Part shown: positions 49,417 through 59,258 of the stretch, in pieces
Layout: every line of letters starts with the position of its first letter
Numbering within the stretch: position 1 is the first letter of the stretch
Assembly: GCA_044226015.1 (NCBI GenBank)
Contig: JBGAHS010000003.1
Location: forward strand, 1-64,000
From: Candidatus Obscuribacteraceae bacterium
GTDB taxonomy: Bacteria > Cyanobacteriota > Vampirovibrionia > Obscuribacterales > Obscuribacteraceae
Direction: 5' to 3'
DNA length: 64,000 nt
Made by a program: the position numbers and the translations under genes
The notes under the pieces: model-generated
The model's database searches: none
Told to the model about the DNA's origin: nothing
The model's input: the letters and a program-made list of their open reading frames with translations, nothing else

Positions 49417-49904
49417 ACTTCCTCCACACATTCAGTGCTAGCGTTCAGCCTGATGTTCAGTTTATGCATCCACTCATGAACATATAATTTGATTGCATAT
49501 GAACAAACGACATGAGTCACAGCTTGGATTTCGCAACTGTCACTTCCCGGATGCTAATACTCTTTGCCAAAGCCTGCACTGAACTCAATCACTCCTTTGC
49601 AAACTCAATCACTCCCTGCAAACTCAAGCTCTCCGTTGCAAGGAACTTGCAGTGCTTACTGCCAATCCGTAGGTTCTAGCCAAAGTTTAGCCAACAAAAT
49701 TTGGACGGAGTACATTTCCGCCCAAGAGGTCCATCTTCAGCCACAGGAGACACCATGATCATCATTCTTAAATTTGTAGGCAAAATCTTACAGCTTTCGG
49801 CTGCAGCTGCTAAATTATGCACAGTTTCGGGAACCGAAACATCCGAACTAGCGAATGGCTCGCAATAGCAGCCATCCAATCAGCACAGCCCAACTATCAG
49901 GCAG

Positions 49905-51272
49905 GTGAATTTTATGACAACATCGAGCAGCACCGTATGCACCAAGCTCACGGCCAAACAGGCATACGATATCGGTATGGAATCATACTGGTATTTCTAT
50001 CCACTTCTGACAATGGACATTACAAGAAAACAGATTACGAATCTGCCTCCAGGTCAGAAACCAGGTTACGGACCAATGAATGCTTTTTCGCATATCCGCG
50101 CTTATCCGGATGCAGCTTTCAAAGTTGTTGTTCGTCCGAATTTCGATACTCTCTACAGCTGCGGCTGGCTCGATCTCAGCAAAGAGCCCATGATAGTTTC
50201 AGCTGGAGATTCGAAAGGACGCTATTACCTACTTCCTATGCTCGATATGTGGAGTGACGTTTTTGCATCTCCGGGCTGGAGAACTTCCGGCACCCAGGAA
50301 CAGCACTACTTAGTTGTGCCACCAAATTGGTCAGGTAGCGTGCCAGAGGGAGTTCAAAGAATCGACGCCACCACACCTTACGTGTGGGTGATTGGCAGAA
50401 CAAAAACTGACGGTCCAGATGATTATCCGGCGGTGCATGCATTCCAAGATTCGCTGCAAATCACGCCATTATCTCAATGGAAAAAAGCGGCAAGCACGCC
50501 TGCCCAAGAAATTGATAAGAGCCTCGACATGACTACGCCTCCGCTAGAGGCAGTGAATGCATTGGGAATGGCAGAGTATCTTGCAAAAGCAGCTGAGCTT
50601 CTCAAAATCATTCCTCCACATAAGACAGATTGGTCGATTTTGGCGAGACTCGGAAGACTCGGATTTGAGCCTGGCAAGAGCTTCGACCTCAAGCAGATTG
50701 AACCAGAATTGCAGCAAGAAGTTTCCCGCGGTGCAGCAGATGCATTGAAGATTATGCTTGAAAAAGTAAAATCAATGGGACGCCCCGTCAATGGCTGGGG
50801 GATGAATACAGACACCATGGGCGTATACGGCAACTACTACTTCAAACGCGCAATTGTGACTATGGTTGGATTAGGCGCAAACCAGCCAGAGGATGCTGTT
50901 TATCCATTGAACTTTGCAGATGCAAATGGGGAAGCGTTGACCGGTGATAAAGCTTACGTGATTAGTTTCACCAAAGACAACATGCCACCAGTTGACGCAT
51001 TCTGGTCAATCACTATGTATGATGCTGATGGCTTCCAGGTTGCAAATGAACTCAATCGTTTTGCAATTAGCTCATGGATGAAACTCAATACCAATTCAGA
51101 TGGCTCGATGGACATTTACATTCAGCACAATAACCCAGGTAAAGAGAAGGAATCAAACTGGCTGCCAGCTCCGTCCAAGGGCGTTTTGGGAGTAACAATG
51201 CGCTTGTATGCTCCACAAACCTCAGTCCTAAATGGTGACTGGGTGCCACCAGCAATCAAGAAACTAAGCTAG
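49905..51272 (+). CDS. DUF1254/DUF1214 domain protein
   Basis: VVRPNFDTLYS..WLDLSKEP, DMWSDVF, PPVDAFWSITMY, NWLPAP, MRLYAP. Confidence 0.92.
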   Translation: MNFMTTSSSTVCTKLTAKQAYDIGMESYWYFYPLLTMDITRKQITNLPPGQKPGYGPMNAFSHIRAYPDAAFKVVVRPNFDTLYSCGWLDLSKEPMIVSAGDSKGRYYLLPMLDMWSDVFASPGWRTSGTQEQHYLVVPPNWSGSVPEGVQRIDATTPYVWVIGRTKTDGPDDYPAVHAFQDSLQITPLSQWKKAASTPAQEIDKSLDMTTPPLEAVNALGMAEYLAKAAELLKIIPPHKTDWSILARLGRLGFEPGKSFDLKQIEPELQQEVSRGAADALKIMLEKVKSMGRPVNGWGMNTDTMGVYGNYYFKRAIVTMVGLGANQPEDAVYPLNFADANGEALTGDKAYVISFTKDNMPPVDAFWSITMYDADGFQVANELNRFAISSWMKLNTNSDGSMDIYIQHNNPGKEKESNWLPAPSKGVLGVTMRLYAPQTSVLNGDWVPPAIKKLS

Positions 51273-51304
51273 TAAAACAGGCTTCAGTTATTTAGACCAT
51301 TCTT

Positions 51305-51335
51305 AAGGGCTCCGCAATTGTTCGGAGCCCTTTTT
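51305..51335 (+). terminator. Rho-independent terminator
   Basis: AAGGGCTCCG-loop-CGGAGCCCTTTTT. Confidence 0.85.
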
Positions 51336-51595
51336 GTATCGCAACTTCTTTTTTGGTATCGCTTCTTCCTTTTCTGTGGCTACTTCTTTTTTGGTATCGC
51401 TTCTTCCTTTTTTGTGGCTACTTCTTTTCGCGTAGCTTCTTCTTTTTTGTGGCTACTTCTTTTCGTGGTTCTTTTTGCAACTCCTGCTTTTGATATAACT
51501 TCTTCTTTTCGTGTAGCTTCTTCTTTTTTTGTGGGTTTCTCTGATTTTCTGTTTTGCCCCTCTTGTCGTCCCTCTTCTTATTTTCACCGAGTCAA

Positions 51596-51845
51596 TCCAA
51601 ATTTCATCCTCAGATCGGTACCGATCCAATTTCATCCCCAGATCGGTACCGATCCAAGTTTCATCCCCAGATCGGTACCGATCCAATTTCATCCCCAGAT
51701 CGGTACCGATCCAAATTTCATCCTCAGATCGGTACCGATCCAATTTCATCCTCAGATCGGTACTGATCCAAGTTTCATCCTCAGATCGGTACTGATCCAA
51801 GTTTCATCCTCAGATCGGTACCGATCCAATTTCATCCCCAGATCG
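51596..51845. repeat. Tandem array of 8 x 28/29-bp units containing palindrome GATCGGTACCGATC
   Basis: Core at 51613, 51641, 51670, 51698, 51727, 51755, 51784 and 51813 (two copies carry GGTACT). Confidence 0.95.
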
Positions 51846-51986
51846 TTTGGGGCGGGTCACGATATTTTCATCAAAGTCCGATAGATTAAATCCAAGATTA
51901 AATTCTCAGCTCAGGTCCAAGAATTTTTTTTAATGGATATTATCAAGTGTGGCGGGCTTGATGATCTCTTCTATGGAAACAAAAGA

Positions 51987-54791
51987 ATGGCAGATGAGAG
52001 CAAGAATGGTTCGGACAAACAAGGCGAAACGCCTGAGAAGATTCCCGAAAAATCCTTAACCCCTGAAGGCAGTCCCCAGCAGCAAAAGGCTGACAGTGAC
52101 GCACAAAGATTAGCCCAGCAAAGGCAACCTGGCACTGTAACCTTACCCGAAATTACAATAGCTGGCACCGATGCAAAGGCTGGCAACGCCAAGCCGACCG
52201 CAAGTGAAGGACAAACTTCTTGGTCAACTCAAGACCTCAGCAGAGTTCTCAAATATCTCGATTCAATCAAACCCGCTGCAGAAAGAACCCTGGGCGTTAC
52301 TGACAGCGCCGGCGATCGGGCCCAAAGAAACACCTATATTCTTTTAAGAGACAAAATTCTGCCCGAATTGAAATCACAAGGCAAAATCGGCGCGGAATGG
52401 CAACTTTTTCCAACCACTGCGCAATCACCTGCGGACAAAGTGGGAGCAGACTACTTGCTGGTTAATACCAAAACCGGCGCATTCCACTTATTAGATGCCA
52501 CGCTGAAAGAAAACAAGGGCAACGTATTCGCATTGCGCGCTGGTGGCGTCATTGTCGTAGACAACCGTTTGTTTGATGCACTCAGCGCATTGAAAACCAC
52601 AGACGGTGGAGCTATTGGAGAGGCTGCCACTCAGTTGAAAACTGACATAAGCCAACAAATTACATCGCTGACAAAAAGTAATACACCTTTCAAGCTAGGT
52701 CCTGATGGTACGCCGATGCCTAGTGTAACCATCGTGTCAGAGCAAAAAGCGAAATCAGAAATAACCAAACTTTCTGAATGGGCAAAGGCAGAAGCTAAGG
52801 CAAGCACAGGAAATGAAGCACGACTCTTCAATGAAATGTCCAGCGTTGTAGAAGGGTCCTTCAGACATCTCGATAAAGCTGCAAGAGAGATTGCCAGTCC
52901 GAAGCTAGCAGAATCAGTAAGTAGAGCTACAGATGCAGAAATAGCTAAATACGCCTTAGCAAAATACAAAGGTGAAAAATACGACGCGGCGAAGCCAGGC
53001 GCAGCTGCAAATAATCTCCACGTTCTCAAAGACGGCAAGCTTGTTATGCCCGTGCAATCAGGGGAGATTCATGTTGGCGGAAATTTTGCCGACCATCTTG
53101 AAAAAAGTTGGGGGTCATTACAGAGCGAGAAAAAGCTACTTAGCCTGCTCTCAAACAAAGACCTCAAGGCTATGGGAGCGGACACCACAAGCTTCGAAAA
53201 GCTGAGTGGAGAAGAAAGGGCGGAAGCTATCTACAAAGCCTATAGATCTCAACGTCAGTTCCAGAATGAAGCCAACAAACTGAGAAATACCCTGCACTCC
53301 GAACAACAAGTGATCAAGGCTGGAGGTGCGCTTGGCACCGGAGCACCTGTCATAGCCGAGAACATAATGGCAAGACTGCGGGCACGTCCTGATAGTACGC
53401 TTCTCGGAATTGCACCTAAGCCAGAAGCCGCAGCCGCACCAGATAAGCCAGCTATCAAAACCGCATTTTCAGATATCGACAAAACAGCAAGCAAACCAAT
53501 CGAGGCATTGGCTGAATTCAGCGGATTGGAAAAACACGATAACAAAGTCAGCTCTAACCTCAGCACCAGCATGGAATTGCTACTCGCCGATCAGCAAGAG
53601 CGTCGCGCCAAAGACCCTACAGCGAAAGATCTCTGGACACAAGTGGAATTCGACCGTTTCACCAAGCTTAACGAGGCATATTCAAACCCTTCGCATCCAG
53701 ACCATGCGGACAGTGTAAAACAACTACATGACCTTCTGAACAAAAAAGTAGAAATGGCTGAGTCCGAGGCTGAGAAAGCACAAGCAGTGCTTCAAGGAAA
53801 TCCTATTTTCGAGAAGCTCACAGATGAAACTCGCATGAAAGAAGCAGTGAAGCAATTAAGTGATAGGACTAAAACCCTTCCTGCTCAAGACAAAGATGAA
53901 TATCTAGCCAAACAGATTAAAGAGGCTCTTCGCAAACAAACTGGTGCTGCGACTTTATCCGAATTGCCAGAGTCGGTTCGTCAGCTCAAAGTAAAGATGG
54001 TGGAAGGATCTGCCAATTCCGTAAGAGTGAATGCAAGCGGAGTACTAGAGATTCCCTCGAAATTACTGAGGGATGATCCCAAAAAAGCTGTTGCAGAAGC
54101 ATACGCACATGCTTCTGGAATGAGTATGCTGGACCTACTAAGACAAGAAGGCAATGAGCATCTAACAATGCGATCGCTAAAGCCAATGCTGTCCAAAATT
54201 GCAGAGCGCGCAGAAACAGTAGTTACAGCTCAGTTAGAGTCAGCGAAAACTAATGCGCATGTGCCGATCAATTCCGAAGCAGCTTCCACTGAGCGCAAAA
54301 CAGAAATACCTAAAGAGAGAGCCATAGTAACAAGTTGGAACGGCGAGATTCTCAACTTTGGCAACGAGAAATTCAATGTAAGCTCTGAACTTGCGAAACT
54401 AAATAGAGAACGCGCTGAGAAAATCAAAGCGCTCGAAACTGAGTTTGAAAAGGCCCAAAAGACAGCTGAATCAAAACAAACGGACGAAAACAAACAAAGA
54501 GTTACAAGCTTAGAGCAACAGCTAATTGCAGAAAGACAGAACTCAAAAATTGCAACCGATTTGCATCAATCGCTGACTGGCTCGCGCGGAGCCGAAGCTC
54601 AAAGCAAGGCGCAGACGCTTATAAAACAAGCGGCGGAAAGAGCTGCAGAACAGCATATGAGCAAGAGAGGGGGCTCCGCTACATTCAGCCGTGCCTCAGC
54701 GATTGCATTATTGCTGTCAACTGCAACAGCGCTTTACGTGCAAGGCAACGGACCTGCCCGCGCCGATGTTTACGAGACCCACATTCGTTAA
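51987..54791 (+). CDS. Large hypothetical protein with possible PD-(D/E)xK-like nuclease motif
   Basis: ADKVGADYLLVNTKTGAFHLLDAT; low-complexity N-terminus, coiled coil and hydrophobic C-terminal helix; start uncertain (51933 or 51987). Confidence 0.6.
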   Translation: MADESKNGSDKQGETPEKIPEKSLTPEGSPQQQKADSDAQRLAQQRQPGTVTLPEITIAGTDAKAGNAKPTASEGQTSWSTQDLSRVLKYLDSIKPAAERTLGVTDSAGDRAQRNTYILLRDKILPELKSQGKIGAEWQLFPTTAQSPADKVGADYLLVNTKTGAFHLLDATLKENKGNVFALRAGGVIVVDNRLFDALSALKTTDGGAIGEAATQLKTDISQQITSLTKSNTPFKLGPDGTPMPSVTIVSEQKAKSEITKLSEWAKAEAKASTGNEARLFNEMSSVVEGSFRHLDKAAREIASPKLAESVSRATDAEIAKYALAKYKGEKYDAAKPGAAANNLHVLKDGKLVMPVQSGEIHVGGNFADHLEKSWGSLQSEKKLLSLLSNKDLKAMGADTTSFEKLSGEERAEAIYKAYRSQRQFQNEANKLRNTLHSEQQVIKAGGALGTGAPVIAENIMARLRARPDSTLLGIAPKPEAAAAPDKPAIKTAFSDIDKTASKPIEALAEFSGLEKHDNKVSSNLSTSMELLLADQQERRAKDPTAKDLWTQVEFDRFTKLNEAYSNPSHPDHADSVKQLHDLLNKKVEMAESEAEKAQAVLQGNPIFEKLTDETRMKEAVKQLSDRTKTLPAQDKDEYLAKQIKEALRKQTGAATLSELPESVRQLKVKMVEGSANSVRVNASGVLEIPSKLLRDDPKKAVAEAYAHASGMSMLDLLRQEGNEHLTMRSLKPMLSKIAERAETVVTAQLESAKTNAHVPINSEAASTERKTEIPKERAIVTSWNGEILNFGNEKFNVSSELAKLNRERAEKIKALETEFEKAQKTAESKQTDENKQRVTSLEQQLIAERQNSKIATDLHQSLTGSRGAEAQSKAQTLIKQAAERAAEQHMSKRGGSATFSRASAIALLLSTATALYVQGNGPARADVYETHIR

Positions 54792-54850
54792 ACCACTAAC
54801 GTATGTAAGTTACAAATCACACGAATTCCTGCTCACAAGATCCTTGATCC

Positions 54851-55150
54851 GACAGCAGAGCAACTCCACATATCAAGCAGATTTTTCCTGCACGGCAGCT
54901 TTCAATCCCCTTAAATCGGTACCGATTTAAGTTCGTTTTTTGATTGCCAGATCGGTACCGATCTCAGTTTGAATTTTGCACTGTGAACTCGACCAATTTC
55001 TGACAGCGGAGTAACTCCACATATCAAGCAGATTCTTCCTCACGACTGCTTTCAACCCATTAAATCGGTACAGATTTCAGTTCGTTTTTTGATTGCCAGA
55101 TCGGTACCGATCTCAGATTGATTTCGAATTACCAGATCGGACCGATCAAG
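54851..55150. repeat. Approx. 151-bp duplication carrying several ATCGGTACCGAT palindromes
   Basis: Units start at about 54851 and 55002; perfect 22-bp palindrome CTTAAATCGGTACCGATTTAAG at 54910-54931. Confidence 0.9.
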
Positions 55151-55297
55151 ATTGATGCAACGTTGCATATCAAGCGGATTCGATAAACAGCGGATCTCAA
55201 GCGATCGCGATCATTTAAGGTTTATTTCGCGCCAAAGTCGCGTCAAGTGATCGAAAAGTACAAACAGTCCATTCGTAACTTCTTTATCGATCAATGC

Positions 55298-56086
55298 TTA
55301 GTATTGACGAAGAGCGCCACCATCAATGGTGATAGTGGTCCCCGTAATAAATTCCGCTCGGGGTGATGAAAGAAAAGCCACGAGAGCTCCCAAGTCATCC
55401 GGCTTACCGAAACGCTGAACTGGTGAGTAGCTCGCCCATTCGTCTAGAACAGCATCGACAGATTTGCTTTGGGACACGGCATATTGCTTTGCCAAATCAC
55501 GAACGAGCGGCGTATCGAAATACCCAGGACAAATAACATTCACTGTCACGCCACTTGCAGCGACTTCAGTCGCTATACACTTAGCAAGTGCATTCAAACC
55601 AGTTCGCAATGTACTTTGAACAACCGAAGTTTTTTCGGGTTCAAGACCAAAGATTGAGCCAATGTAGATTACTCGCCCATACGACCGTGACTGCATCTCT
55701 TTTAGCAGAAAGCGTGTCAGAACAATTGGCGGACGCAAAACAAGATCTGTCCCAAGCTTCCAGTGATCATCAGTGGCAACAGAGAAGGGATGCGTTGGCG
55801 GATGCCCAGTGCTTACCACTAAAATATCTATTGGGCCAAGAGCAGCTTTGGCCTCATCCACAAGAAACTGAAGCTCACTTTCAATTGTTAAATCGCAAGC
55901 AATACCTTTCACGACTGAACCCGAAGCTTCAGCAATTTCAAGAGCCGCAGCTGCGATCTTATTTGCGTCTCTTGCGCAAATTGCTACATTGGCTCCCTCA
56001 ATCGCAAGGGCTTTGGCACAGGCATATCCAAGACCATAGCTCGCGCCTGTAACAATAGCATTTTTTCCTTTGATGCTCAGATCCAT
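55298..56086 (-). CDS. SDR-family oxidoreductase
   Basis: IVTGASYGLG, TVNVICPG, FITGTTITIDGG; probable start MDLSIKGK. Confidence 0.9.
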   Translation of the reverse strand: MDLSIKGKNAIVTGASYGLGYACAKALAIEGANVAICARDANKIAAAALEIAEASGSVVKGIACDLTIESELQFLVDEAKAALGPIDILVVSTGHPPTHPFSVATDDHWKLGTDLVLRPPIVLTRFLLKEMQSRSYGRVIYIGSIFGLEPEKTSVVQSTLRTGLNALAKCIATEVAASGVTVNVICPGYFDTPLVRDLAKQYAVSQSKSVDAVLDEWASYSPVQRFGKPDDLGALVAFLSSPRAEFITGTTITIDGGALRQY

Positions 56087-56214
56087 CCCAGGATTCCCCC
56101 TTCTATTTCGTGAATAGTATATTCCGATTTGCAGATATTTTGCCTCAGGGATCATTTGCATCACCTCTTTCAATACGCGAAGAGCAGCGTTTGACGCTGC
56201 TCTTCATGATTTCT

Positions 56215-56353
56215 TCGAGTATGTTTCGACAGAATCCGGATTCTGAACCGAAGGTACGGGGACAATGCAATTCCGCGCTTTTCATCGAAGTATGGTTCGA
56301 CGAAATACCGGATTCTGAGCCGAAGGTACGGGGTCGATGCAATTCCGCGCTTT
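56215..56353. repeat. 72-bp tandem duplication with palindrome CAGAATCCGGATTCTG and GGGG..TGCAATTCCGCGC motif
   Basis: Two copies read directly. Confidence 0.8.
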
Positions 56354-56381
56354 GCACCAAAGTAAAAGTGCGGACTCGCAG

Positions 56382-58952
56382 TTAGCCCAGAGCTGAATTC
56401 AGATTCTTACCTTCGCGCTCTTTGAACTTAACTGCAACATGAAGACGTTCGAGGTGTTGGTCGATCGTCTTTCCGCCTTGTTTAACAGGATTATCCTTCA
56501 AGAATTGGAGTACATCCTTCTCCATGTCCGGACAGACCAGCGCAGTCATGCCTTCCAGCATTCTGGCGATGGAGTTATCTGGGTATTTGCTGCGGATGTA
56601 TTCCCAACTTGACTTGATATGATTCCATGCAAGGTTCCTTCCAGCACAATTCATCATCACAGAACGCACCAAATATGGTGCATTCTGTGTGCGGACTTCG
56701 CCACTGGTAGCTTTCTCTAGAGTAGCTTTTAACAACTCCTCTTGCTTGAATCCAGCAAGAGCAAACAGATAGCGTTCCTCCTCTTGCGGCGTCTTTCCTT
56801 CCTTCCAGAGTTTCACAAACTCATCGTATTGGGACTTGTCACCAGAGGCAGCAACAATAGAAATCAAAGCTGGAAGCAAATTAGGATCTACAGCTTTCGC
56901 GTCCTGACGGCTCTTCTTGTAGAGCTCCTTAGCCTTGTCTTGTGTCTTAGTACAATTGCCTACTGTGCCCAGACTTGCAATCACAGTGCTTCGCAACTGC
57001 CCTGTCAGCTGATCTTCCTTATCGGCGGGCTGCCATCCAAGGCGGTTAACGACTGGCTCAAGCAACTTGCTTGTGTAAGACTCGAGCGCCTTACGATCGG
57101 CGTCCTCCACAACACGATCCAAATATGAAAGCGAGCCAGCAATAACCAGCCAGACATTCTTGTCAGTCTCTTCCTTGAACATCGGAAGCATTTTCAAGTA
57201 ATCAGACACCGCAACATGACCTGCAATAGTCATCGACCAAGTGTCATTTACCAGATTGAATCTTTCGATAGCAGACAGTTTATTGAATACATCACTGCTC
57301 AGTTTCTCAAGTAAATTAGAAGAGTAGCGAACACGATAGAAGCCATGTCCACCCGCATTCACAATAACGTAATCAGCTTCTGCTGGAAGATCAACGGTAG
57401 TTTTCTCCTCAGTTAACAAAACCTTCTTAGATTCCTTTCCGGATTTTGTTTTGATCTCGAGCATAACAGGCACGTGGAACAATTGCTTCTCGGCTTGATC
57501 TGCAAGGTAGAAGAATCGTTGCTGCGTGAGCGAGAGTTTCTTGCCGCTTGCATCGAGTTCGGCAGTGAGCATCGGATAGCCTTTCTGATAAATCCAGGAA
57601 TCCATCAACTTGCGAACCGGCTCTTTAGAAACATGTTCGATGGCATCCCAGAGATCGCTTGTTTCAGTATTGGCGAATTGATGCTTGTTCAAATAATGGC
57701 TTACGCCTTTGGCGAATACATCAGAGCCGAGATATTGCTCTAACATTCGCAGTACAGAAGCGCCCTTTTCATACGTGAGCACGTCAAACATGGCTTCGCA
57801 TTCATGAGGATGATGAACAGGAAATTCGATTGGGCGAGTAGCTTTTAAACCGTCCGTAACGAATGCTGCTCCACGAGACGCACCGAAAGAATTCCAACGC
57901 TTCCACTCTGGCTTGAAATCATCAACCGCAAGCATTTCGGCAAAGGTCGCAAATGCTTCGTTTAGCCATATGCCGTTCCACCAGGACATGGTGGTCAAAT
58001 CACCGAACCACATGTGTGCAATTTCGTGTGCCACTACATCAGCGATTCTCTCGAGTTCTGCATGAGAGGCTGCTTTTTCATCAACCAGAAGCGCGCTTTC
58101 TCTAAAGGTGACACATCCAAGGTTTTCCATGGCGCCAAATGCGAAATCGGGAATCGCAATAAGATCAAGCTTGTCCCCTGCATACGGCACACCGTAATAT
58201 TTTTCGAAAAAGTTCAATGCATGCACACCGGAACTCATTGCAAAGTCGGTCAAGTGCTTCTTGCCTTTAACAGACCATACACGCACTGGCGTTTTACCTG
58301 CCATTCGAGCTTCAGTGGCTTCAAAATCACCGATTACAAAAGCAACAATATACGTCGACATTTTGATCGTTTCTTTGAAGTCGACTTCTTTCTTGCCATT
58401 GCCGATAGATTTTTCAGAAAGGAAAGTACCATTTGAAATAGCAGTCAGATTCTCATCAATTTCCAGAGTGATTTTGAAAACAGCTTTGAAATCTGGCTCA
58501 TCAAAGCAAGGAAATGCGCGACGAGCATCTGTGGCTTCAAATTGCGTGGTGCCGAGAACTCGCTTCTTGCCACTGTCGTCTGTGTAGGTGCTGCGATAGA
58601 AGCCATGAAGTTTGTCGTTCAATTCGCCTTCGAACTTAATGTTGAGGATCCATTCGCCTGGCTTGAGAGCTTCGTTGAAAGTTAATTTCAAGCGCTCTGA
58701 TTCGTCATTCACTTCGAATTTAGCTTCGTGAGACTCGCTGTCTTTGACAGCCGACGCACTGTGAACCTTCAGCTCCAACGAATTCAGCAAAACTTCGCTG
58801 ACTGCCTCTTTGACATTGACATAAACTTTCACATCGCCGCCGAACTTGAATGACTCGAGGTCGGGACTTAGACGAACTTCGTAGCGGCTTGGAATTACAG
58901 TACGAGGAAGCCTGTATTCCAATTTCTCTGGCTCTGCAAGCGCTGTTGACAT
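56382..58952 (-). CDS. pepN: M1-family aminopeptidase (puromycin-sensitive/ERAP1-like C-terminus)
   Basis: TQFEATDARRAFPCFDEP, GAMEN, HEIAH(x18)E, YEKGA. Confidence 0.93.
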   Translation of the reverse strand: MSTALAEPEKLEYRLPRTVIPSRYEVRLSPDLESFKFGGDVKVYVNVKEAVSEVLLNSLELKVHSASAVKDSESHEAKFEVNDESERLKLTFNEALKPGEWILNIKFEGELNDKLHGFYRSTYTDDSGKKRVLGTTQFEATDARRAFPCFDEPDFKAVFKITLEIDENLTAISNGTFLSEKSIGNGKKEVDFKETIKMSTYIVAFVIGDFEATEARMAGKTPVRVWSVKGKKHLTDFAMSSGVHALNFFEKYYGVPYAGDKLDLIAIPDFAFGAMENLGCVTFRESALLVDEKAASHAELERIADVVAHEIAHMWFGDLTTMSWWNGIWLNEAFATFAEMLAVDDFKPEWKRWNSFGASRGAAFVTDGLKATRPIEFPVHHPHECEAMFDVLTYEKGASVLRMLEQYLGSDVFAKGVSHYLNKHQFANTETSDLWDAIEHVSKEPVRKLMDSWIYQKGYPMLTAELDASGKKLSLTQQRFFYLADQAEKQLFHVPVMLEIKTKSGKESKKVLLTEEKTTVDLPAEADYVIVNAGGHGFYRVRYSSNLLEKLSSDVFNKLSAIERFNLVNDTWSMTIAGHVAVSDYLKMLPMFKEETDKNVWLVIAGSLSYLDRVVEDADRKALESYTSKLLEPVVNRLGWQPADKEDQLTGQLRSTVIASLGTVGNCTKTQDKAKELYKKSRQDAKAVDPNLLPALISIVAASGDKSQYDEFVKLWKEGKTPQEEERYLFALAGFKQEELLKATLEKATSGEVRTQNAPYLVRSVMMNCAGRNLAWNHIKSSWEYIRSKYPDNSIARMLEGMTALVCPDMEKDVLQFLKDNPVKQGGKTIDQHLERLHVAVKFKEREGKNLNSALG

Positions 58953-59258
58953 TAATCTCTCTCCTGGATTGATGCGCCTCACCTACACAGCGAGATTGAC
59001 ACCTTCATAAAAGAGGCGGCAAACAAGCCCGATTCTCAAGAAGATCGGTGCGGCTGGTTGAAAAAGAATGAGCAGAGAATACCACAGATAGGGCAAGAAG
59101 CGCGGAAATTTAAGGCTCGAAGATCTCATTTCCAGCCTATCAGCAGCGCAATGTTAATGCATTCTGGCGATCCAGCAGACATAGTCGAATGCAGGTGTAA
59201 AATATGCACTCATGCTTTTCAAAGCCAGTAAGCTATTACTTTTGCAGGTGAAAAATCT

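Noticed and set aside
51318..51884. ORFs over the T-rich tract and palindrome array
   Set aside because: Low-complexity translations of non-triplet repeats that overlap a terminator; no RBS
55201..55212. Cyanobacterial HIP1 (GCGATCGC) enrichment
   Set aside because: I noticed only a couple of copies in 64 kb, consistent with chance; not counted exhaustively
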